Assembly (NCBI GenBank): GCA_033442325.1
Contig: JAWQFM010000004.1
Location: 67,629 to 108,996, forward strand
From: Salpingoeca rosetta
Lineage: Eukaryota; Protista; Choanoflagellata
Direction of reading: 5' to 3'
Length of the DNA: 41,368 bases
A program made the translations under genes and the position numbers. Positions 40,503 through 41,368 of the stretch are shown here, piece by piece (positions within the stretch are counted from its first letter, which is position 1; every line of letters starts with the position of its first letter). The notes under the pieces are model-generated. The model was not told the DNA's origin. It saw nothing but the letters and a program-made list of their open reading frames with translations, and ran no database searches.

Positions 40503-40867
40503 GACCTTTGTAGTCTGGGTAGGTGCCAAAGGCAAAGAGCTTGAGGAGCTCGAGGTGAGCGGCGTGTGGACCGCCTTCCAACTCCGTCACCTGGGGCAGG
40601 TCCAACAGCTCCCCAAACGCATGCACATCTGGCGCGCTCGTCGCCTGTTCACATCCACACGCACACATACAAGGGCCATCATGCGTGAGAGGTGGCTGCA
40701 CGCTGCGTGGCATGCGCGCCTTCACACCCCCCCCCCTGCACCAGCTGCACCAAGCGCACACTTGCACGCAACGTACAGCGCACCTTCTTGATGATCTCCC
40801 TGCAGCCTGCACCGCGCGCCGACTTGGCGAGCAGCAGCACAGCGTCCAGTCCACTGTTCGGGTCCAT
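38733..40867 (-). CDS. COPS7: COP9 signalosome subunit 7 (PCI domain)
   Basis: [28 protein letters not shown] / [22 protein letters not shown]...[16 protein letters not shown] / [21 protein letters not shown] / [11 protein letters not shown]...RQLE / [22 protein letters not shown] / [11 protein letters not shown]...W / [15 protein letters not shown] / ...EREVKDRD*. Confidence 0.92.
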
Positions 40868-41082
40868 CGTCGTCGTTGTGTGTGTCGTCTTGTGAGTGAG
40901 AGAGAGAATTGAATTGATTTGTGTGTGTGTGCAGAGAAGACGAGGAAGGACAGCCACAACAACACCCAACAACACAACACCCACAACGCACTGACCCCCT
41001 GCAACCCCCCCCCCCCCAATCCTCCGTCCCTTCCTCGCTGGTGGCCCTGTATTGCCTGCCGCACACTGATCCCACCGAAGAC

Positions 41083-41285
41083 ATGGTGGGAGGAGGTCGA
41101 GGCGGTGTGCTCGACCGCGCCACGGTGCTGATGTGCGCGGCCAATATCGGCATCTCCTACTGCGATCGCGTGAACATTGCCGTGGCTGCCGTAGTCATGT
41201 CGACCACCTATCACTGGTCCCACATCGACCAAGCCACGGTGCTCGCTGCCTTCTTCTACGGCTACGTTGGATCACAGCTCATCGG
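41083..41285 (+). CDS. First exon of an MFS transporter, SLC17/anion:cation symporter family (continues beyond window)
   Basis: [68 protein letters not shown], containing the YxDRxNI and W...VLxAFFYGY...Q motifs of SLC17; ends at a GT donor. Confidence 0.85.
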
Positions 41286-41316
41286 GTGCGCTGTCTGTGT
41301 GTGTGTGTGTGTGTGT

Positions 41317-41368
<52 letters not shown>

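Noticed and set aside
40135-41232. 365-aa minus-strand ORF as a single gene
   Set aside because: Composite of the antisense of the SLC17 exon, COPS7 exons and introns; the real COPS7 start is at 40867.

Overview
Intron-rich, GC-rich eukaryotic DNA whose introns are full of (CA)n/(TG)n microsatellites, with three N gaps. The style and the SH2-bearing myosin suggest a choanoflagellate such as Salpingoeca rosetta (inference). Most ORFs in the supplied track are microsatellite artefacts, so genes were rebuilt exon by exon from GT/AG boundaries. The first ~14 kb looks accessory: a decayed importin-5 3' fragment, a 16-exon LRR-ANK-ROC-COR-TIR-SAM (Roco) gene, an intronless 736-aa divergent LRR ORF, and an orphan lipid-kinase 3' fragment. 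The rest holds IPK1, a small LRR gene, a myosin with an IQ-SH2-SH2-SAM-ANK tail, a PM20D1-like M20 peptidase, COP9 subunit 7 and the start of an SLC17-like MFS transporter. The best candidate for a new system is the Roco gene. Its LRRs are encoded one per 84-nt phase-2 exon, four of them in ~265-bp tandem exon+intron units whose amino-acid changes concentrate on the predicted ligand-binding xxLxLxx face, and it ends in a SARM1-like TIR that keeps the catalytic Glu plus a SAM domain. This is the layout expected of a diversifying intracellular immune receptor with a possible NADase output.
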